A stretch of 64,000 nt of DNA from Gammaproteobacteria bacterium (GCA_963665575.2 CAXXDW010000006.1:1201122-1265121), one strand, 5' to 3'; counted from the stretch's first letter, positions 47,299-57,761 are shown. Notes: a model not told the origin generated them from the letters alone. Numbers and translations are program-made.

Positions 47299-49185
47299 AT
47301 GAGCAAGAGTTACCGCGCTGCAGACATCGAAGTCCTTAGCGGGCTGGAGCCCGTGCGCCGGCGACCCGGTATGTACACCGACACGTCGCGGCCGAATCAC
47401 CTGGTCCACGAAGTCGTCGACAACAGCGTCGACGAAGCCATCGAAGGCTACGCGAAGAAGATTGCCGTGCGCCTTTTCAGCGACGGCTCGCTCGAGGTCG
47501 AGGACGACGGGCGCGGCATGCCCGTCGACATGCACCCGAAAGAAAAAATGCCCGGGGTCGAGCTGATCCTTACGAAGCTGCATTCCGGCGGCAAGTTCTC
47601 GAACAAGAACTACCGGTTCTCGGGCGGTTTGCATGGTGTGGGCGTGTCGGTCGTCAACGCGCTTTCGAAAAACCTCGAAGTCTGGATCAAGCGCGACGGC
47701 GCCGAATACAACATGAGCTTCGTCAACGGCCGCCGCCAGGGCGCGCTCGAGACGGTGGGCAAGGTCGGCAGGGCCAACACGGGGACCACGATCCGTTTCT
47801 GGCCCGATCCGCAGTACTTCGATTCGCCGTCATTTTCGCTTTCCCGGCTCAGGCACATGCTCAAGGCCAAGGCCGTACTTTGTCCGGGTCTCGAGGTCTC
47901 GCTCGACAACGAGAAAACCGGATCCATCGAGACCTGGCTCTACGACGGGGGCCTCGAGCAGTACCTGAAGGAGAGCCTCGCGGCGGGCCAGTGGCTGCCC
48001 GAGGACGCGTTCTCCGGGCATCTGCAGGGCAAGCGCGAGGCGCTCGACTGGGCACTCGTCTGGCGGCTCGACGAGGAGCCCGGCGTCACTGAGAGCTACG
48101 TCAACCTGATTCCCACACCCCAGGGCGGCACCCACGTCAACGGCTTGCGCTCGGGGCTCACCGAAGCGCTGCGCGAGTTTTGCGACTTTCGCGGCCTGCT
48201 GCCGCGTGGCCTGAAGCTCGCGCCCGAAGATGTCTGGGACGGCGTGAGCTTCATCCTGTCGGTCAAGATGGAGGATCCGCAGTTCGCGGGTCAGACCAAG
48301 GAGCGGCTCGGCTCGCGCCAATGTGCGACTTTCGTCGCGGGCGTCATCAAGGACAACTTCGCGATCTGGCTGAACCAGCACCCGGAAACCGGCGACGAGA
48401 TCGCTGCCGGGGCGATCGCAAGGGCGCAGCAGCGCGTCAAGGCGGCAAAAAAGGTCGTGCGCAAGCGCGTCGTTTCCGGTCCCGCGCTGCCCGGCAAGCT
48501 CGCCGACTGCACGCTGCAGGAGCCCGCCCTGACGGAGCTCTTTCTGGTTGAGGGCGATTCCGCGGGCGGGTCCGCGAAACAGGCCCGCGATCGCGAGCGC
48601 CAGGCCGTGATGCCCCTGCGCGGCAAGATCCTCAACACCTGGGAAGTCGATACGGCGGAATTGCTCGCCTCCCAGGAAGTCCACAACATCAGCGTCGCAC
48701 TCGGCGTGGACCCGGCAACGGGTCGGCTCGACGGCTTGCGCTACCACAAGATCTGCATCCTGGCCGATGCCGATTCCGACGGCCTGCACATCGCGACGCT
48801 GCTGTGTGCGTTGTTCCTGCGGCATTTCCGATCGCTCGTCGAGGCGGGCCACGTGTTCGTGGCCATGCCGCCGCTGTATCGGATCGATGCCGGCAGGGAC
48901 GTCCACTACGCCCTCGACGACGCCGAGCGCGACATGATCGTCGGCAGGATCGAGGCTGAGAGGAAACGCGCCGCCGTGACCGTCACACGCTTCAAGGGGC
49001 TTGGAGAGATGGACCCGACCCAGCTTCGCGAGACCACGATGGCCGCGGAGACGCGGCGGCTCGTGCAGCTTACCCTCGAGGGCGACGACGATCCGGTGCA
49101 GCTCATGGACATGCTGCTCGCGAAGAAGCGCGCCCCGGACCGGCGCGAGTGGCTGCAGGAGAAGGGCAATCTCGCGGAAATCTGA
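47299..49185 (+). CDS. parE: DNA topoisomerase IV subunit B
   Basis: ATG 47299 is internal to ORF 46915..49185. YRAADIEVLSGLEPVRRRPGMYT, VVDNSVDEA, GGLHGVG, LVEGDSAGGSAKQ, PLRGKILN. About 630 aa with no GyrB insert, and immediately upstream of parC. Confidence 0.9.
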   Translation: MSKSYRAADIEVLSGLEPVRRRPGMYTDTSRPNHLVHEVVDNSVDEAIEGYAKKIAVRLFSDGSLEVEDDGRGMPVDMHPKEKMPGVELILTKLHSGGKFSNKNYRFSGGLHGVGVSVVNALSKNLEVWIKRDGAEYNMSFVNGRRQGALETVGKVGRANTGTTIRFWPDPQYFDSPSFSLSRLRHMLKAKAVLCPGLEVSLDNEKTGSIETWLYDGGLEQYLKESLAAGQWLPEDAFSGHLQGKREALDWALVWRLDEEPGVTESYVNLIPTPQGGTHVNGLRSGLTEALREFCDFRGLLPRGLKLAPEDVWDGVSFILSVKMEDPQFAGQTKERLGSRQCATFVAGVIKDNFAIWLNQHPETGDEIAAGAIARAQQRVKAAKKVVRKRVVSGPALPGKLADCTLQEPALTELFLVEGDSAGGSAKQARDRERQAVMPLRGKILNTWEVDTAELLASQEVHNISVALGVDPATGRLDGLRYHKICILADADSDGLHIATLLCALFLRHFRSLVEAGHVFVAMPPLYRIDAGRDVHYALDDAERDMIVGRIEAERKRAAVTVTRFKGLGEMDPTQLRETTMAAETRRLVQLTLEGDDDPVQLMDMLLAKKRAPDRREWLQEKGNLAEI

Positions 49186-49341
49186 TGCGGCAGGGCGTCC
49201 GCGCGGCGCCGACGGCGTCGCGCCATCCGCCGCACAAGCAAGCACGGCAGCCGATCGGCCGTCCGCGGCGAGGCGGTCGCCCGTCCCATGCGCGCAAGCC
49301 CGTGGGACGGGCTGCGGCACAACACAACTGAGGCAGCGAAC

Positions 49342-51573
49342 ATGAAGGTGCAGGAGCTCAACTTCGACGGCATCGAGCGCGTACCGATGGCGAGGTTTAC
49401 CGAGAAGGCCTACCTCGACTATTCGATGTACGTCATTCTCGACCGCGCGCTGCCGCACATCGGCGACGGTCTGAAGCCCGTGCAGCGGCGCATCGTCTAC
49501 GCGATGAGCGACCTCGGGCTGTCGTCGGGCTCAAAACCCAAGAAGGCGGCGCGCACGGTCGGCGACGTGCTCGGCAAGTTTCACCCGCACGGCGATTCGG
49601 CGTGCTACGAGGCCATGGTGCACATGGCGCAGCCGTTCAGCTACCGCTACCCGATCGTCGACGGGCATGGCAACTGGGGCTCGCAGGACGATCCGAAGTC
49701 CTTCGCCGCGATGCGCTACACCGAGGCGCGGCTGACCGCCTACGCGCGCGTGCTGCTCGCCGAACTCGGTCAGGGCACCGTCGACTGGGTGGCGAACTTC
49801 GATGGCACGCTCAAGGAACCGACGCTGCTGCCCGCGGCGCTGCCGAACCTGCTGCTCAACGGCACGAGCGGGATCGCCGTCGGCATGTCGACCGATGTCC
49901 CGCCGCACAACATTCGCGAAGTCGCCGCTGCGCTGATCCGGCTGCTGGAACGGCCGCGCAGCACGCTGGCGGACCTCATGGAACACATTCGGGGCCCGGA
50001 CTTTCCGACCGGCGGCATGCTCGTATCGAGCGCGAGCGACATCGAGCAGGTTTACGCGACGGGAACGGGATCGCTGCGCCTGCGTGCGCGCTGGGAGAAA
50101 GAGAACGGCGAGATCGTCGTCACGCAGCTTCCCTTCCAGACTTCCGGCGCCAAGGTGCTGGAACAGATCGCAACGCAGATGCGCGCGAAGAAGCTGCCGA
50201 TGATGGACGACCTGCGCGACGAATCCGACCACGAGTGTCCGACGCGCCTGGTGCTGACGCCGCGTTCGAACCGCGTTGACGTTGAAAGGCTCATGAGCCA
50301 CCTGTTCGCGACGACCGATCTGGAGCGCACGGTGCGCGTCAACTGCAACGTCATCGGTGTCGACGGTCTGCCGCGCGTCTACGGGCTCAAGGCCCTGCTC
50401 GAGGAATGGCTCGGCTTCCGCAAGGCGACCGTGCGGCGCCGGCTCGAGCATCGACTCGACCGCGTGTCGGCGCGCCTGCACGTCCTCGACGGCCTCCTGA
50501 TCGCCTACCTCAACATCGACGAGGTCATCGCGATCATCCGCGAGGAGGACAAGCCCAAGCCGGTCCTGATGCAACGGTTCCGTCTCACCGATGCGCAGGC
50601 GGAATCGATCCTCGAACTGAAGCTGCGGCATCTGGCGAAGCTCGAGGAGATGAAGCTGCGGACCGAGCAGTCCGGACTGCAGACCGAACGGGAGGAGCTT
50701 GAGGCGACGCTGCAATCGCAACAGAAGCTAAACGGCCTCATCAAGCAAGAGATCGCGGAGCTTGCCGAAACGCATGGGGACGAGCGGCGCACCGTGATCG
50801 AGGAGGATGCGCCGGCGCAGGCGATCGCGGAGTCCGAACTGGTCACGAGCGACCCCGTGACCGTAATCCTGTCCGAGCGCGGTTGGGCGCGGGCCGCCAA
50901 GGGGCATGAGATCGATGCCGAAGCGCTCTCCTACCGGTCGGGGGACGAGTTCCTGGCTGCCGCGCCCGGCCGCAGCAACCAGTTTGCGGTATTCATCGAC
51001 AGTACGGGACGCGCCTACAGCCTGCCGGCGCACACGCTGCCGTCGGCCCGCGGTCAGGGCGAGCCGCTGTCGGGCCATGTCAATCCGCCGGACGGGGCGA
51101 GCTTCCGCACGGTCCTGATCGGCGCCCCAGAGGACCGCTGGATTCTCGCTTCGTCGGCCGGCTACGGGTTCGTCGTCAGGCTTTCGGATCTGCATTCGCG
51201 CACCAAGGCCGGCAAGGCGGTGCTGCGCGTGCCCAAGGGGCATACCGTCATCGCGGCGGCGCCTGTCGAAGAGAAGGCCAGATGGATCGCCGCGGCATCG
51301 ACCGACGGGCGCCTGCTGGCATTCGATCTCGAGGAGTTGCCCGAACTCGGCAAGGGCAAGGGAGTCAGGATCATGGGCTTGCCGCCGGCCTCGGGCGCGA
51401 CGCTTGCAGGCGTGTGCGCCTTCGGCGAGCGCGGGCGTGTCAGGATCAAGGCCCTGGACCGCTGGATGACGCTCAAATTCAAGGATCTCGACCGCTACCG
51501 CGGCAACCGGGGCCGCCGCGGCCTGCTGTTGCCGCGCGGCTGGCAGAAGGTCGAGCGCGTGGCCACCGGGTGA
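49342..51573 (+). CDS. parC: DNA topoisomerase IV subunit A
   Basis: ATG 49342. [59 protein letters not shown] (catalytic Tyr). Confidence 0.9.
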   Translation: MKVQELNFDGIERVPMARFTEKAYLDYSMYVILDRALPHIGDGLKPVQRRIVYAMSDLGLSSGSKPKKAARTVGDVLGKFHPHGDSACYEAMVHMAQPFSYRYPIVDGHGNWGSQDDPKSFAAMRYTEARLTAYARVLLAELGQGTVDWVANFDGTLKEPTLLPAALPNLLLNGTSGIAVGMSTDVPPHNIREVAAALIRLLERPRSTLADLMEHIRGPDFPTGGMLVSSASDIEQVYATGTGSLRLRARWEKENGEIVVTQLPFQTSGAKVLEQIATQMRAKKLPMMDDLRDESDHECPTRLVLTPRSNRVDVERLMSHLFATTDLERTVRVNCNVIGVDGLPRVYGLKALLEEWLGFRKATVRRRLEHRLDRVSARLHVLDGLLIAYLNIDEVIAIIREEDKPKPVLMQRFRLTDAQAESILELKLRHLAKLEEMKLRTEQSGLQTEREELEATLQSQQKLNGLIKQEIAELAETHGDERRTVIEEDAPAQAIAESELVTSDPVTVILSERGWARAAKGHEIDAEALSYRSGDEFLAAAPGRSNQFAVFIDSTGRAYSLPAHTLPSARGQGEPLSGHVNPPDGASFRTVLIGAPEDRWILASSAGYGFVVRLSDLHSRTKAGKAVLRVPKGHTVIAAAPVEEKARWIAAASTDGRLLAFDLEELPELGKGKGVRIMGLPPASGATLAGVCAFGERGRVRIKALDRWMTLKFKDLDRYRGNRGRRGLLLPRGWQKVERVATG

Positions 51574-51667
51574 CGGCTGCGCGCGTCCTGTCCTCCGGGG
51601 TTCAGTTTCGACACCAGGCCGGCGGCGAGTTCGCGGTATGCCTGCGCCGCGCGGTATGACGCGCGCT

Positions 51668-52699
51668 TCAGAGTGGCATCTTGCTGGACGCACCGGGAAC
51701 CTCGCGTACCAGCTTCGGCACGAGGTAGCCGGGAAGTTCCGCCCTCAGGTCGCCCAGCAATGAGCGCGCACGCTCGTCGCCGACCTCGAAATGCGCCGTG
51801 CCCGTGACCGGGTCGAGCATGTTCAGGTAGTAGGGCAGCACGCCGCAGTCGAAGAGGCGGTGGCTCAGGCTCGCGAGCGTTGCCACATCGTCGTTGATGC
51901 CGCGAAGAAGCACTGACTGGTTGAGCAGCAGATCCGCAGGCTCCGCCAGGTTCCGAAGCGCGGCCTCGACGCTGCCGTCGAGTTCGTTGGCGTGGTTGCA
52001 GTGAACGACGACGACGAGTTTCGCGGAACTGCGCCGGAGTAGCGCGAGCAGTCCGGCATCGACTCGCTCCGGGATCGTGATCGGGAAGCGCGTGTGGATG
52101 CGGATGCTGCGTACCGACTCGATCGTCTGAAGCGCGTCGAACAGCGTTTCGAGATTCCGGTTCGAGACGCTGAGCGGATCGCCTCCGCTCAGTATGACCT
52201 CGCCGATATCGCCCACAGCTCGCAGCCTGCCGATTGCGTTCTCCCAACCATGGCGGGACGCGAGCTGCTGCGCATAGGGGAACTCGCGCCTGAAGCAATA
52301 GCGGCAATGGACGGGGCAGGCGCCGCTCGCGATCAGGAGCGTGCGCCCCCGGTACTTGCGGATGACGCCATCGTCGGCGATGGCCCGTTCGCTGAGCGGA
52401 TCCGCGCTGTATCCGGCGGCAGGAACCTCTTCCTCGGCCCGGGGCAGAACCTGCAGCAGCAGCGGATCGTCGATGTCGCGTTTCTTCATTCGCGCCACGA
52501 AGCCACGCGGCACGAGCAGCGCAAAGCCGCTCTCGCAGGCCACGGCGCGCAGACTTGCGGCCTCGATCTCGAGCAGCCCGGCCAGTTCGTCGATGTCCCG
52601 CACGGCGTCCTGCAGCACGCGTTGCCAGGACAGGTGGTCGTGCCCGCGCAGGTCAATGGCGCCGGTGGCCGCAGGGTCGTTCGAAGGTCGCTCAAACAT
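51668..52699 (-). CDS. epmB: EF-P beta-lysylation protein EpmB (lysine 2,3-aminomutase-like radical SAM)
   Basis: C-terminal 343 aa of ORF 51668..53110, from ATG 52699. CPVHCRYCFRR radical-SAM cluster motif, SGGDPL, NQSVLLRGIND, PYYLNMLD. Confidence 0.85.
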   Translation of the reverse strand: MFERPSNDPAATGAIDLRGHDHLSWQRVLQDAVRDIDELAGLLEIEAASLRAVACESGFALLVPRGFVARMKKRDIDDPLLLQVLPRAEEEVPAAGYSADPLSERAIADDGVIRKYRGRTLLIASGACPVHCRYCFRREFPYAQQLASRHGWENAIGRLRAVGDIGEVILSGGDPLSVSNRNLETLFDALQTIESVRSIRIHTRFPITIPERVDAGLLALLRRSSAKLVVVVHCNHANELDGSVEAALRNLAEPADLLLNQSVLLRGINDDVATLASLSHRLFDCGVLPYYLNMLDPVTGTAHFEVGDERARSLLGDLRAELPGYLVPKLVREVPGASSKMPL

Positions 52700-53108
52700 G
52701 TGCAAAGTTGTCACTTGACGCAGCCTTATGTCGCTCTGGAAGCAGGTCTCGCAAGGTAGCAGCGTCCATTCAGTAACGTACTTGATTCTCCGTCTGCGCT
52801 TCGCGCATGGGGGGTGGCCTTGCCGGGAGGCTGCAGCAATTCCCATTATGCCCGTCAGCTCCGTGCACGGGACGGATCCGGCGGTCGATCTGGCCCGGAT
52901 TGACTTGGACAGGTGGAGTGTCTTGCGCCAGGCAGTGAAGTCCGACGTCAAAGTTGGAATTGCCGCGGAGGCCGTCGACAGGTTCGTTTCGTTCATCGTT
53001 GCAGGTATCATCCGGCGTTGCGCCGGGCGCGGCCGGCCCCGCCGGCACGACGCGCTGTCAGGCGACCACGATACCGCTCCGACCCCTGCTACGGATTTCG
53101 ACCCGCCC

Positions 53109-53678
53109 ATGGCCAGTTACAACACCAACGAGTTTCGCGGTGGCCTGAAGATCATCATCGACTCCGACCCCTGCGTGATCATCGAGAATGAGTTCGTCAA
53201 GCCCGGCAAGGGGCAGGCCTTCAACCGCGTCAAGATCCGCAATCTCAAGACGGGCCGGGTCGTCGACCGCACGTTCAAGTCGGGCGAGTCCGTCGAGGCC
53301 GCCGATGTGGTCGAGCAGGAGATGGAATACCTGTATACGGACGGCGATCTCTGGCACTTCATGGTCGCCGATACCTACGAGCAGTTCGCCGCGGACAGGT
53401 CCGCCATTGGCGATGGCGAGCAATGGCTCAAGGAGCAGGGCGTTTGCCTCGTGACGCTCTGGAACGGTTCGCCGTTGCTCGTCGCGCCGCCAAACTTCGT
53501 GGAACTCGAAATCGTGGAGACCGATCCCGGCGTGCGCGGCGATACGGCGCAAGGCGGCGTCAAGCCGGCGCGGCTCGACACCGGAGCCGTGGTACGTGTG
53601 CCGTTGTTCGTGGAGCAGGGGGAGATCGTCCGGGTCGATACGCGCACGGGTGAGTATGTCTCACGAGTGAAGGACTGA
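53109..53678 (+). CDS. efp: elongation factor P
   Basis: ATG 53109 is internal to ORF 52728..53678. [46 protein letters not shown], with the modifiable Lys in KPGKGQA. Confidence 0.9.
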   Translation: MASYNTNEFRGGLKIIIDSDPCVIIENEFVKPGKGQAFNRVKIRNLKTGRVVDRTFKSGESVEAADVVEQEMEYLYTDGDLWHFMVADTYEQFAADRSAIGDGEQWLKEQGVCLVTLWNGSPLLVAPPNFVELEIVETDPGVRGDTAQGGVKPARLDTGAVVRVPLFVEQGEIVRVDTRTGEYVSRVKD

Positions 53679-53712
53679 CCGTAGTCCGCGACGGCTTCGA
53701 TTCGCATACGCT

Positions 53713-54657
53713 TTATCGGTGGGCGAAACTCATTGTCGCGGCGACGTTGTCGAGCCCCGCGGCAAGCGCAACGAGCCGGTCGACGCCGACCGCGACCCCT
53801 GCGCAGGGCGGGAGTCCGTGCTTGAGAGCATCGAGGAACGCGTCGTCGAGCGGCGCGACCGGCTGGCCTCGTGCGCGCCGCGTTTCGATTTCCCGAACGA
53901 ACCTGGCGCGTTGCTCGGCTGCGTCGGTCAACTCGCGGAAGCCGTTGGCGAGTTCGATGCCGCCAGCGAACGCTTCGAACCGTGCGGCCACCGGAGGCGT
54001 CTGCGGCTTGATTGCGGCAAGCGCGGCCTGGCTTGCCGGAAAGTCGTAGACGAAAGTCAGCGCGCCGGGATCGAACCGGGCGGCGACAGCCTCACTGAAA
54101 GCGAGGTCGAGCAGGCCGTCGCGGTCGAGCCCCTCGGGCACGTCGATGCCGAGGCTTGCCAGACATCCGGGCAGTCCTGACAGATTCCCGTGCAGATCGA
54201 TGCCGAGGCGGCGTTCAAACGCGTCCGCGTAGCTCAGGCGCGAGCAGGGCCCGGCGAGCACCGATTCCCCCACCGCACGTTTGATGAGTTCGTTCACCTC
54301 GTCCATCAGAACGGTCTCGTCCCAGTCCACGCGGTACCACTCGAGCATGGTGAACTCCGGCTGGTGCCAGCGGCCGAGTTCGCCGTCGCGAAAGACTCGG
54401 CAGATCTGGTAACAGTCGCCGACGCCGGCAGCCAGCAGGCGCTTCATGGCGTATTCGGGCGAGGTGTGCAGCCAGTAACGGCGTCCGCCGAGGCTTGCAG
54501 TGATGCTTTCGAGGGCCGGGTCGCTGATCCCCGCGGTCGACAGCGCCGGCGTTTCGACTTCGAGCACGCCGCGCCCGGTGAAGAACTCGCGGATGCGGGC
54601 GAGCAGGGCGGCGCGTGCGCGCAGCAAAGCGGGTGTTGCGGACAGCGAACAGGTCAC
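53713..54657 (-). CDS. epmA: EF-P-(R)-beta-lysine ligase EpmA (truncated LysRS paralog)
   Basis: FFTGRGVLEVETP, LHTSPEYAMKRLLAAG, QICRVFRDGELGRWHQPEFTMLEWY, GVAVGVDRL. Confidence 0.85.
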   Translation of the reverse strand: MTCSLSATPALLRARAALLARIREFFTGRGVLEVETPALSTAGISDPALESITASLGGRRYWLHTSPEYAMKRLLAAGVGDCYQICRVFRDGELGRWHQPEFTMLEWYRVDWDETVLMDEVNELIKRAVGESVLAGPCSRLSYADAFERRLGIDLHGNLSGLPGCLASLGIDVPEGLDRDGLLDLAFSEAVAARFDPGALTFVYDFPASQAALAAIKPQTPPVAARFEAFAGGIELANGFRELTDAAEQRARFVREIETRRARGQPVAPLDDAFLDALKHGLPPCAGVAVGVDRLVALAAGLDNVAATMSFAHR

Positions 54658-54876
54658 GGCTGCTCAGTTTCCACAGTGCGTCGCAGACAGTGGTAACGTC
54701 ACTTTACTTGCTCGGTTCCCGGCGGAAGTCACGGCAACGGATCTATCTCGCCGTCCGTTGAACTCGCGGCTCTCGGCGCGATGGCGACGGTCGATTGTCG
54801 GTTGCCGACTGCACCATTGTGGCGTCGTGCGCCGATCTCGCGGCGATGCGCACAGCACGTACGACACGCGAACAGT

Positions 54877-55746
54877 TCAGGTTCCGGCGGTCGGCGTCAA
54901 GGTGCCGATCCGCACACCCATCCTGAGTGTCTGGCCGCGTACGAGCGCTTCGTCCCAGACCGCGGCGCCACGTGCGAACACGACGATCACCGTGGACCCC
55001 AGATTGAATCGCCCGATCTCCTCGCCTCGGGCGTAGGCGACCGGTTCAGACTCCTTCCAATGTCTGCCAGGGCCGCTTGCAATCTCGCCGAGTCTGGCCG
55101 TGCTGATGCTCGAAACGTTGAGCGCGCCAACGAGTACGACCGCCGCGTGGCCGAACTCGCCCTCGAACCGGCATGCGACGCGCTCGTTGCGGCAAAACAG
55201 TCGATCGACGACGCTGGCGGTGGCCTCGTTGACCGCGAACCGCCGTCCCGGGATATAGCGTGTCGACGCAAGGCGGCCCGCCACCGGGGCGTGCACGCGG
55301 TGGTAATCGCGCGGCGCGAGATACACGGTCGCAAACGTCCCGCCCATGAACGGCGCGACAGCGGCACCGTCCTCGCCGAGCAGTTCGGCGATCGGGTAGC
55401 GCATCCCCTTGGCCTGCAGGAGGGTTCCGTCGGCGATCGTGCCGAATTCCGTGAGCCTGCCGTCGGCCGGCGCAACGATCGAGTGCTCGCCGGCGGCAAC
55501 CGGTCGCACGCCTTCCCGCAGCTCGCGCGTGAAGAAAGCGTTGAAGGTCGGGTAGGCGTCGCTGCCGGCAAGCGCGGCCTCGCTCACATCGATCGCGTAA
55601 CGCCTGCTGAACCAGCGGATCAGCGCGTTCTTGACGAGGCGGTTCTCGGAGCGCGCGATTCGGTAAATGAGCGCACACGACAAGCGCTGCGGCAGCAGCA
55701 ACTGCAGCGCCACGAATAGCCTTCTCTGCCAACACCGTTGCGACAT
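54877..55746 (-). CDS. psd: phosphatidylserine decarboxylase proenzyme
   Basis: AFFTREL, DYHRVHAP, and the FNLGSTV self-cleavage (LGST) motif. Confidence 0.85.
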   Translation of the reverse strand: MSQRCWQRRLFVALQLLLPQRLSCALIYRIARSENRLVKNALIRWFSRRYAIDVSEAALAGSDAYPTFNAFFTRELREGVRPVAAGEHSIVAPADGRLTEFGTIADGTLLQAKGMRYPIAELLGEDGAAVAPFMGGTFATVYLAPRDYHRVHAPVAGRLASTRYIPGRRFAVNEATASVVDRLFCRNERVACRFEGEFGHAAVVLVGALNVSSISTARLGEIASGPGRHWKESEPVAYARGEEIGRFNLGSTVIVVFARGAAVWDEALVRGQTLRMGVRIGTLTPTAGT

Positions 55747-55852
55747 TGCCTAACTTCGGAACCCGTGCAGGGCGCGGGAAGAACAATGATGAGCGCTGGC
55801 CGACGCTGTCTGACCGGCACACGCGTGCGTCATACGCGCAGTCGCGCCGCAA

Positions 55853-56503
55853 TCATGAACGCGGCCGCGTCCCCAGGCGTCTGCGGATTCGGACCACGTC
55901 CGTTGCGATCGCGCCGGCGTCGTGCGACGAACCGGTGAACACGGCCACGAGCTCGGCCTCGGGACCAATCACGTAGACCGTGCCGTTGTGGATCACGTTG
56001 TAGTACTCGCCGTCGCGCTCGTTCTTTTGCACCGTGACGCCGAGCCTCCCGAGCAGCGGCGCGAGCGCCTCGTCCGACCCGGTGATTCCGGTAAAGTCGG
56101 TATCGAAGTTGCCGATGTATTCGCGGATGCGCTCGGGCGTGTCGCGATACGGGTCGACGCTCACGAAGACGACGTCAGGCACGAGTTCCGGCGCGAGCAT
56201 TTCCACTTCGGCGCGCGCGCGGGCGAGCACCTGCAGCGTCAGCGGACAGATGTCCGGACAATACGTGAATCCGAAAAACATCAGGCTGAATCTGCCTTCG
56301 AGATCGGCGGTCGTGAAGGTGTTGCCGGCGTGATCGACGAGCGTGGCCTCGGGGAGCTCGAGCGGGGGCGTCAGCACCGTGGCGAGTTCCGGTTCGGGAA
56401 CCCGCTCGCGCGCCATGAGCGCAAACAGCATCGCGATGCCGACCGCGAGCCCCGCGGCGACCAGGAGCGTAACGGTAAGGTTGCGGACTGCTTTGCCGGT
56501 CAC
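55853..56503 (-). CDS. SCO1/SenC family copper chaperone / thiol-disulfide protein
   Basis: N-terminal TM segment. FFGFTYCPDICPLTL CxxxC motif. SVDPYRDTP and a downstream His. Confidence 0.8.
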   Translation of the reverse strand: MTGKAVRNLTVTLLVAAGLAVGIAMLFALMARERVPEPELATVLTPPLELPEATLVDHAGNTFTTADLEGRFSLMFFGFTYCPDICPLTLQVLARARAEVEMLAPELVPDVVFVSVDPYRDTPERIREYIGNFDTDFTGITGSDEALAPLLGRLGVTVQKNERDGEYYNVIHNGTVYVIGPEAELVAVFTGSSHDAGAIATDVVRIRRRLGTRPRS

Positions 56504-56518
56504 ACAGTAATTATCTCA

Positions 56519-56639
56519 GCAAGCCCCTTGCGCTGTAACCCCTCGCGTTGCAGCCCCTTGCACTGCAGCCGCTTGCGCCGCAGCCGCGCGCGCCGCAACG
56601 CCCTGCGCTGTAACCCGGCGCGAGGCAAGCCCCTTGCAT
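56519..56639. repeat. tandem array of eight roughly 15-bp units in a divergent intergenic region
   Basis: gcaagccccttgcgct / gtaacccctcgcgtt / gcagccccttgcact / gcagccgcttgcgcc / gcagccgcgcgcgcc / gcaacgccctgcgct / gtaacccggcgcgag / gcaagccccttgcat. Unit starts are at 56519, 56535, 56550, 56565, 56580, 56595, 56610 and 56625. Confidence 0.85.
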
Positions 56640-56688
56640 CCCAGGCTCAAGTTGCCGGCAATCGTGTAACGCATATCATCGCCGTCCC

Positions 56689-57630
56689 ATGAACCACGCC
56701 GAACTTCGCGAGCGGCTCCAACGCGCCGGGAGCCACGACGATTGGGTCGCGGCGCTGGCCGCGTACTTCGACAGCCACGAACTCGTCTTCGGCCACGGCA
56801 CCGAGAACTCCGCGGACGAAGCGTTCTGGCTGCTGCGCCACCAGCAAGGCTGGCGCGACGAACTCTGGAATGCCCCGCCGGACCGCTCGCTGATCGGTCC
56901 TGTCGTCGACCTCGCCGTCAGGCGCGTGCGCGAACGCAAGCCGCTCGCCTACCTGCTCGGCGAGGCCCGGTTTGCGGGCTTGCGATTCACGGTCGACGAA
57001 CGCGTGCTCGTGCCGCGCTCGCCGCTGGCCGAACTGATCGAGCGCGGGCTCGCGCCATGGTGTGCGCTCAAACCCGGCGATCGGATACTCGACGTCGGAA
57101 CGGGCAGCGGCTGCCTTGCCATTGCCGTCGCGGTTCATTGTCCCGGGACGCTCGTCGATGCGACGGACATCGCGGCCGATGCGCTCGCCGTCGCCGCCGA
57201 TAATGTCGCGCGGCACGGCTTGCAGGAGCGCGTCAGGCTGCACCGCTCGGACCTCTTTCCGGATACGGCCGAGCGCTATCGCGTTATCATGTCGAATCCG
57301 CCGTACGTGCCCGCGGCCGAGATCGGGTCTCTGCCGCCGGAGTACGCACACGAGCCCGAACTCGCATTGCGGGGTGACGCCGAAGGCCTGGGGCCCACGC
57401 TGAGATTGCTCGATCGCGCGCCCGAGCATCTCGCGCCCGATGGCGTCGTGATCGTCGAGGTTGGCGACGGGGCCGAGGCGCTCATGAAGGCTCGGCCGCG
57501 ATTGCCCTTCGTCTGGGTCGAGTTCGGACGTGGCGGACGTGGCGTCTTTGTGCTTGAGGCGGATGATCTGCGCCGGCGCGAGCACACAGTTCAGGGCCGG
57601 CGGAACCGGCCAGGCGACGGGACGATTTGA
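56689..57630 (+). CDS. prmB: ribosomal protein L3 N5-glutamine methyltransferase
   Basis: LAYLLGEARFAGLRF, ILDVGTGSGCLAIA (SAM motif), SNPPYV (NPPY). Upstream of aroC, as in many gammaproteobacteria. Confidence 0.85.
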   Translation: MNHAELRERLQRAGSHDDWVAALAAYFDSHELVFGHGTENSADEAFWLLRHQQGWRDELWNAPPDRSLIGPVVDLAVRRVRERKPLAYLLGEARFAGLRFTVDERVLVPRSPLAELIERGLAPWCALKPGDRILDVGTGSGCLAIAVAVHCPGTLVDATDIAADALAVAADNVARHGLQERVRLHRSDLFPDTAERYRVIMSNPPYVPAAEIGSLPPEYAHEPELALRGDAEGLGPTLRLLDRAPEHLAPDGVVIVEVGDGAEALMKARPRLPFVWVEFGRGGRGVFVLEADDLRRREHTVQGRRNRPGDGTI

Positions 57631-57761
57631 GCGACGGTGGGCGACACTCGGAGCCGGCGGAACCGGCCGGGCGACAGGGCGATTTGAACGATGGCGGCTG
57701 ACACTCGGGGCCGGCGGAACCAGGCAGGCGACAGGACGATTTGAGCGATGGCGGGCGATAC
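57596..57761. repeat. 57-bp tandem triplication spanning the prmB stop and the aroC start
   Basis: Units start at 57596, 57653 and 57710 (gccggcggaacc...gatttga(g/a)cg(a/g)(c/t)gg...). Each unit carries an in-frame TGA (57628, 57685, 57742). Confidence 0.85.

Noticed and set aside
52700-53110. Possible tmRNA or RNase P-like RNA in the epmB-efp spacer (strings such as ggatttcgac and gcaacgatgaacgaaacgaac caught my eye).
   Set aside because: There is no GGGGCUGAUUCUGGAUUCGAC-type 5' end, no T-arm/CCA 3' end, no tag reading frame ending in a stop after an Ala-rich tail, and no GGAAAGUCCGGGC RNase P core. The resemblance is superficial.
56519-57761. CRISPR array, because two direct-repeat arrays lie within 1.3 kb.
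   Set aside because: The units are directly abutting (15 bp and 57 bp) with no unique spacers. There are no cas genes, and the 57-bp units are in-frame copies of a gene junction.
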